From the IMG/VR virus record IMGVR_UViG_3300046546_000013: a DNA stretch of 20,000 bases; one strand, given 5' to 3'. This document shows, piece after piece, positions 15,409-20,000 of this stretch; within the stretch, counting starts at the first letter, position 1; each line of letters opens with the position of its first letter. Source of the stretch: an uncultured virus (IMG/VR IMGVR_UViG_3300046546_000013). Its lineage: Duplodnaviria; Heunggongvirae; Uroviricota; Caudoviricetes. The position numbers and the translations under genes are program-made. Under the pieces are notes generated by a model. It made no database searches and was not told the origin of the DNA. It saw nothing but the letters and a program-made list of their open reading frames with translations.

Positions 15409-16314
15409 TCAGTGCTTCGTTTTGTTTAGATATGCTGCTAGTTTCGCATCAAGCTCTGCTTGACGCTCAGGTGATAACTGTTCTTCCCCCTGTTCGTTTA
15501 CAGCCCAATCAGGTAGTTTTTCCTCACGTAGTGGCTTTTGATTATAGCCTTGTTTCTTAGCGCCTCTAGTTCGTTGATAATCCCTTGCTTGATCGATCGT
15601 TTTAACGTTAGCATCTGCCCATTCCTGTAAAGAAGCTGTTAAAAAGCTAATAGCCCGGTTCTTAGGAACATCTTTACTACCAGCAAGTTTAATAGCAGCC
15701 TCTACAAGTTCATCGCCATAGATATCCACCAGATTAAGCAGATCTTCGACCTGTACAACATTTGGAAAGAGCCATAATTTTTGGAAAGTTTCAAGGGACG
15801 CATTCTCGCTCGCAGTAGCATCTTCTTTTATTTCCTTTTCTTTACTTTCCTTTACTTTACTTTGTTGATTATTCCCCTGATTAACTGAGTTATTCCGCCC
15901 ATTAATCGAGATATTCGACCGATTAACCTCATTTGTCAGCAAATACTTAAATTCAAGCTCAACTTTCTTACGTTCCTTAGTGGCTAGAATGTATCTGTTT
16001 TGAATTCCTTTAGAAGTTAATACGGAGTATTTATCAAAAATATCTTTATCAAAGAATTTTACTTGCACGGCTTTTCTAACCAGTTCTTCAACTGTGCCCT
16101 CCTTCGTACCAACTTCGTCAGCCACTAAGAACGCAAGGTCGTCATCCCACAAAACGTAATACCCCTCATCACGATAAATATTAGCCAGCAGGGCGACCAG
16201 AATATGAACGGCTTCTTTACCGCATGCTTTAATAATTCTTCGAACTTTTAAATCTGATAAAAAATCGACATCCAGAGGAAAATAATCAAGACCTTTCTTC
16301 GTTGGTCTTGCCAC
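15409..16314 (-). CDS. Replication initiator / replisome organiser (DUF4373-like N-terminus, DnaD-like C-terminus)
   Basis: MARPTKKGLDYFPLDVDF...LTSKGIQNRY; C-terminal LQEWADANVKT...EKLPDW. Confidence 0.85.
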   Translation of the reverse strand: MARPTKKGLDYFPLDVDFLSDLKVRRIIKACGKEAVHILVALLANIYRDEGYYVLWDDDLAFLVADEVGTKEGTVEELVRKAVQVKFFDKDIFDKYSVLTSKGIQNRYILATKERKKVELEFKYLLTNEVNRSNISINGRNNSVNQGNNQQSKVKESKEKEIKEDATASENASLETFQKLWLFPNVVQVEDLLNLVDIYGDELVEAAIKLAGSKDVPKNRAISFLTASLQEWADANVKTIDQARDYQRTRGAKKQGYNQKPLREEKLPDWAVNEQGEEQLSPERQAELDAKLAAYLNKTKH

Positions 16315-16357
16315 GCTTATTCCTCCTAATCAGAGGGAGTTTAACTCCCTCACTCTT

Positions 16358-17419
16358 TTAGTATTCGACTTCTGGAAAAGGGACTTCGCCTTCAAAGGGG
16401 TCACCTTGTATTGCAGCGTGTGGTTGATAGGTATCAAATAACGCTTCTTGTTTTGATTCTTGTTTTGGTTCTTCTTTCGGCATCTGGTTTTTAAGCAAGG
16501 TCAGAAATCTTTTCGCTTGATCTTCGGTAAACTTTTTATACATGTTTGCTTTGTACTTCATTAATAGGTCATCTTTACTTGTTTCTAATGCTTGAGACAC
16601 AACCTCAATCATTAATTCAATTTCGGCAATCTGATCCGGAGAGGCTACTTTATTGTTCTTATTCTGCTCATCAACAACTGTTGATTTATCATTTGTATTT
16701 AGCACTAATCTAGCCGCTTGTTTCATAGATTCATCTTTGGCATTCTTAGATAACCACTCTACATATGAACGATCATCTTTAGCAATTTCACCAAGAGTTC
16801 TTCCTTTATTTTTTCCGAAAGTAACTTTAAGAGCAGAAGCATCACTATTATTCATAGTTTCTAACTTTTCCTTGTTAAGTAAATCCTTCATGTCCTCTAC
16901 ATCTTGAGTAAATACATTAGAGAGCGATCCCACTGTCAATGCTGCATCAACTTGTGCTCGTTTTTTCGCCATTTTTAGCACAGTATTCACCAGTGTATAT
17001 GGATCTTGATAATCTCCTGTCCAAACTTTCTTACGCTCACTTTCGCTCCATTCGTTCTGTCTATATCTGGATTCTTTAGTATTAGCACTTCCAAATCCTT
17101 CTGTAATAAGTTGTCCATTCTTTAATAGAGAAGATTTAACGGTGTAAGCGAAGAATCCGTTGGTGTAATCTTCGACTTTATCAACGATTTCATATTCACT
17201 TGTTAGACCCATGAGCATCAAAATCTTTTCTGCACCTGGTTTCAATAGAGTTGGTTTGTTAGTTCCCGGTATAGTACCGTAGTCTTGCTCTGGACGTAAT
17301 GTTTTCTGAACAACTACTTGAAAATTATCAATTGCTTGTAATTGTTGAGATACTTGCTCGATGTTAGCGCTCATTACCAAATCCATAGCGCTATTTTGTA
17401 TAGCCAAATCGTTAGACAT
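16358..17419 (-). CDS. Putative single-strand annealing/recombination protein with an FGKxKG domain
   Basis: ATG 17419 (RBS AAAGGTGG). DYGTIPGTNKPTLLKPGAEK...NTVLKMAKKRAQVDA...FTQDVED, then TFGKNKGRTLGEI...YVEWL. Occupies the SSAP position between DUF1351 and the initiator; function inferred. Confidence 0.55.
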   Translation of the reverse strand: MSNDLAIQNSAMDLVMSANIEQVSQQLQAIDNFQVVVQKTLRPEQDYGTIPGTNKPTLLKPGAEKILMLMGLTSEYEIVDKVEDYTNGFFAYTVKSSLLKNGQLITEGFGSANTKESRYRQNEWSESERKKVWTGDYQDPYTLVNTVLKMAKKRAQVDAALTVGSLSNVFTQDVEDMKDLLNKEKLETMNNSDASALKVTFGKNKGRTLGEIAKDDRSYVEWLSKNAKDESMKQAARLVLNTNDKSTVVDEQNKNNKVASPDQIAEIELMIEVVSQALETSKDDLLMKYKANMYKKFTEDQAKRFLTLLKNQMPKEEPKQESKQEALFDTYQPHAAIQGDPFEGEVPFPEVEY

Positions 17420-17420
17420 A

Positions 17421-18371
17421 TTACTTAGCCACCTTTCTGAAAGAAATATCATTTTGCTTCATAAACTCATTCATTGATGCTAAAGCCTCATATGTTCCGG
17501 TAACCTCCAAAACGAAAGTCAATATTTCCGGCTCAAATTGCTCCTGAACTTTTATGACTTCACCTGTTTCCATATCGATCGTAGTATCATTTACTTTAGA
17601 AAACTGTTCTTTTGCTAGCTTAGACATTGCTGAATCATATTCTTCTTTTGCAATTCTTTGTCGTTCTTTTTCTTCAAGGTCAAGTCGTTTTTGCTCAACT
17701 GATTGTTTGATCTTCTCAATAACATCAGCTGTTGTAAGACCACGGTCAATAAGATTTTCCCAAGCGTATGGATCCAAGCCAGACAGTTCGGCAAATTCTT
17801 TAACCGCTTGTTTACTAGACAAAATTTGCTGTTTTTGGAGATCAATGTAGCCCAATTTATTGTGAATGGCTTCAATTGTCTTTTTAGATGGCTCTCCTTT
17901 TTTTGTAAAGGCAGTCGCGTTATACCAACTTTTATCAATTTCAAAATCTTTGAGATCATCATCTGTTAGGTTGTGAGAAACCATCATTTCGGAAATTAAT
18001 TCTTGAAGCTTTTCTAATCGAATTGCCGTTTGTTTCGATTCGAAAGAATCAATATCTTGCTTGATTCCATCTATCACAAGTGCAAGCTGACTAGTATATT
18101 TCTTGATTTTTCGTTCGAATTCCGTCAAGGGTTTTTGAAATTCGCTTTTGACTTTTTTCCGTTCATCATCTAGCATATTTTTAATTTTGTTTAGCTCAGT
18201 TCTGGACTGCTTTGCTTCAGCCATATTCTCCTCGCTGAAAACTAACGATCCATAAAAGGCTACTTTTTCATCAACATACTGCTGCAGATTCTCTTCGTTT
18301 TGGATTTCTATAGTAGAAGGGTTAAAAATAACTCCTACCTTCATTTCTGTGGTCAATTCGTTTGTTGGCAT
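17421..18371 (-). CDS. DUF1351-family protein
   Basis: FSEENMAEAKQSRTELNKIKNMLDDERKKVKSEFQKPLTEFE pattern; ends LNEFMKQNDISF-like (MNEFMKQNDISF). Confidence 0.8.
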   Translation of the reverse strand: MPTNELTTEMKVGVIFNPSTIEIQNEENLQQYVDEKVAFYGSLVFSEENMAEAKQSRTELNKIKNMLDDERKKVKSEFQKPLTEFERKIKKYTSQLALVIDGIKQDIDSFESKQTAIRLEKLQELISEMMVSHNLTDDDLKDFEIDKSWYNATAFTKKGEPSKKTIEAIHNKLGYIDLQKQQILSSKQAVKEFAELSGLDPYAWENLIDRGLTTADVIEKIKQSVEQKRLDLEEKERQRIAKEEYDSAMSKLAKEQFSKVNDTTIDMETGEVIKVQEQFEPEILTFVLEVTGTYEALASMNEFMKQNDISFRKVAK

Positions 18372-18470
18372 TGTGTTTTCCCCTTTTCTGTTTTAAAATG
18401 GAGACAAAGATATTTTCGTAAGAACTTCTTATGACTTGCTATTGCTTTGGTCGGCTAGCAAGTCTTTTTT
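18371..18470 (+). ncRNA. Candidate antisense sRNA (promoter to terminator) upstream of the DUF1351 gene
   Basis: TTGTGT-N17-TAAAAT (18371-18399); terminator GACTTGCTA...TAGCAAGTC-TTTTTT (18433-18470). Confidence 0.45.
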
Positions 18471-18630
18471 CTTTGTCTTGGTAATCTTTAGCAGCTAAAT
18501 CATAAACAACATTAGCGAAGCCCCATAAGAAAACTAATACAAGTCCTGCTGCAACGTGGATTGCTGTGAAAGCTACTACAAAAAACAAAAGTAAAGTAAC
18601 GGTCAAAGTGTCTTTAATTGAACGTTTCAT
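18439..18630 (-). CDS. Small membrane protein
   Basis: 63 aa, two hydrophobic segments, RBS AAGGAGG. Confidence 0.7.
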   Translation of the reverse strand: MKRSIKDTLTVTLLLFFVVAFTAIHVAAGLVLVFLWGFANVVYDLAAKDYQDKEKRLASRPKQ

Positions 18631-18632
18631 AA

Positions 18633-18881
18633 TTACGCCTCCTTATAGTTAAAAGTTCTATTGCGTTCTTCCCATTCCTTAACTTTATGCAGATCATATT
18701 GAAGAATCCCGCTAAGTTTTGAAAAAGGAATCGGATCAACATCCCTATGTGTTAATTTAGATAACGTTGGTCTTGAAATACCAAGATAATCAGCGATTTC
18801 TTTTGCTTTCTTCCACTCAACCTCTACCGCTTCATTTTTTCTCTCAAGTGGCACAACATTCTTCATTTGAGATATTTTCAT
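18633..18881 (-). CDS. Excisionase-like / HTH DNA-binding protein
   Basis: KAKEIADYLGISRPTLSKL...IPFSK...YDLHKVKEW (MerR/Xis-type winged HTH). Confidence 0.75.
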   Translation of the reverse strand: MKISQMKNVVPLERKNEAVEVEWKKAKEIADYLGISRPTLSKLTHRDVDPIPFSKLSGILQYDLHKVKEWEERNRTFNYKEA

Positions 18882-18886
18882 AGTGG

Positions 18887-19435
18887 TTACCCCCTCATAT
18901 ATCTTTTTTTGATCCAGTGAGGCATTCTATCTTTAATAGCCTCTTGGATAGTGACATTCAAAATCTTCAAGATAGAAAAAACGATCGCCATTTCCACAAT
19001 AATTTCATCCAGAAACTCATCTGTGTAATTTCTAAGTTCAGTTCTTTCAACATCAGTCAGCATTCTCACTTGTGATTCAGCTACGATCCTTTGAACTACT
19101 TTCTTCCGTTCCTTTCTTTCGTCTGACTCGATTTCTTGAAATATCTCAAGATCATTCGTTGATTTAACATCTGCCAGCTGGCCATCCATTGATTTAAAAA
19201 AACCTAAGTATTGATAACTGATGTCTCCTGTTAATTCATCAGTGGCTTGATACCCATTTTCTTTCATTGCCTCTAAATACTCGATTGCCTTATCAATATT
19301 GACGTTGGCTCCATTAAAATGATCACTTACTGTGGCATTTGGTGTGCTTGCATCGATCGCTAATTCTTTCTGTCTCTTTCCCGAAAGAAATAATGATAGT
19401 TTTAAGGTCCGACCGATTTTTGCTGCTTTCGGCAT
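18887..19435 (-). CDS. HTH-containing phage regulatory protein
   Basis: ATG 19435 (RBS AAGGAG); QKELAIDASTPNATVSDHFNG HTH-like segment. Confidence 0.65.
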   Translation of the reverse strand: MPKAAKIGRTLKLSLFLSGKRQKELAIDASTPNATVSDHFNGANVNIDKAIEYLEAMKENGYQATDELTGDISYQYLGFFKSMDGQLADVKSTNDLEIFQEIESDERKERKKVVQRIVAESQVRMLTDVERTELRNYTDEFLDEIIVEMAIVFSILKILNVTIQEAIKDRMPHWIKKRYMRG

Positions 19436-19499
19436 GCTTTCACTCCTTTTATTCGTTATTGTTTTTGGCACAAACGGTCAATTGTTGTTTAAAATGAAC

Positions 19500-19754
19500 T
19501 TAAGCAACAAGTTCTGGTGTTGAGGCGAACTGCCATTTTTCGTCAATATAGGAATAAATGTCCTGTGCTACTTCATCGGTAGCTAAAAAACGAATAATGA
19601 TTTCTTCAACACCGCCAGGGTTCATGAACAGTTCGCCTTCAATACCAATTGAAATGCTAAACTTGCGTTTAATCGCAGGAATAATCATTTCGACATAGCG
19701 TGGTAGAAATCCCGAATCGACATTTGCTTTGATCATTTGCGGTTTGTCCTTCAT
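19500..19754 (-). CDS. Hypothetical protein
   Basis: 84 aa, ATGA overlap with the cro-like gene, RBS GAGGAGGT. Confidence 0.7.
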   Translation of the reverse strand: MKDKPQMIKANVDSGFLPRYVEMIIPAIKRKFSISIGIEGELFMNPGGVEEIIIRFLATDEVAQDIYSYIDEKWQFASTPELVA

Positions 19755-19975
19755 TTTCCCACCTCCTCACGTGTCATTTCGCGTAGTTTAGGTTCAAAAA
19801 AAAGAGTCCATTCAAAATCTAAAGCATCTGCTATTTTCATAGCTTTTTCGACAGAGGGTCTCCGTCTTCCTTGCTCTATTGATGAATATGTTGTTCTTGG
19901 AATGTTTGATAACTGAGCAACTTCATCTTGAGTTAGATTTTTTTCCAAACGCAATTTAGTTAACCAATTTTCCAT
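19751..19975 (-). CDS. cro: Cro-like XRE-family HTH regulator
   Basis: LRLEKNLTQDEVAQLSNIPRTTYSSIEQGRRRPS; first gene of the early lytic operon, RBS AAAGGAG. Confidence 0.85.
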   Translation of the reverse strand: MENWLTKLRLEKNLTQDEVAQLSNIPRTTYSSIEQGRRRPSVEKAMKIADALDFEWTLFFEPKLREMTREEVGK

Positions 19976-20000
19976 AAAATGATTCTCCTTTCAATGTGTC

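Noticed and set aside
243..17962. Alternative-frame minus-strand ORFs (243-503, 590-865, 3612-3812, 6553-6801, 11352-11576, 17615-17962)
   Set aside because: They are nested in or largely overlap better-supported genes and have no independent evidence.
19465..19495. Third antisense promoter (TTGGCA...TAAAAT)
   Set aside because: The spacer is 19 bp and there is no clear nearby terminator.
549..19523. All plus-strand ORFs in the track (e.g. 2589-2963, 2954-3310, 6569-6967, 12114-12527, 14157-14453)
   Set aside because: Nearly all are antisense shadows of well-supported minus-strand genes, and none shows a recognisable protein motif.
19769..19784. Imperfect palindrome ACGTGTCATTTCGCGT as a CI/Cro operator
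   Set aside because: Only one full copy is in the window. A possible second copy is cut off at position 20000, so the call cannot be supported.

Overview
The window is a contiguous segment of a temperate phage or prophage from a low-GC Firmicute. The gene content looks Enterococcus-like, which is an inference. All credible genes are on the minus strand. In transcription order (right to left) they are: Cro-like and early regulators; DUF1351; an annealing/recombinase-like protein; replisome organiser; RusA; an intact XerC/D-like tyrosine recombinase followed by small variable genes; YopX; ArpU late activator; a structured non-coding region; an AT-rich HEPN-motif moron; terS/terL; PBSX-type portal, head morphogenesis, XkdF protease and capsid; A118-like neck genes; and the start of the major tail protein. 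The main find is six related 28-bp sites with an 11-6-11 inverted-arm layout like dif/Xer sites. They start at the stop codon of the tyrosine recombinase and sit at successive gene junctions downstream, which suggests a phage-borne, integron-like gene-cassette array. Other finds are late-promoter RNA stem-loops displaying anti-Shine-Dalgarno sequences, a pseudo-tRNA, two candidate antisense sRNAs, the HEPN moron, and a host Prp-protease motif on the tail protein.
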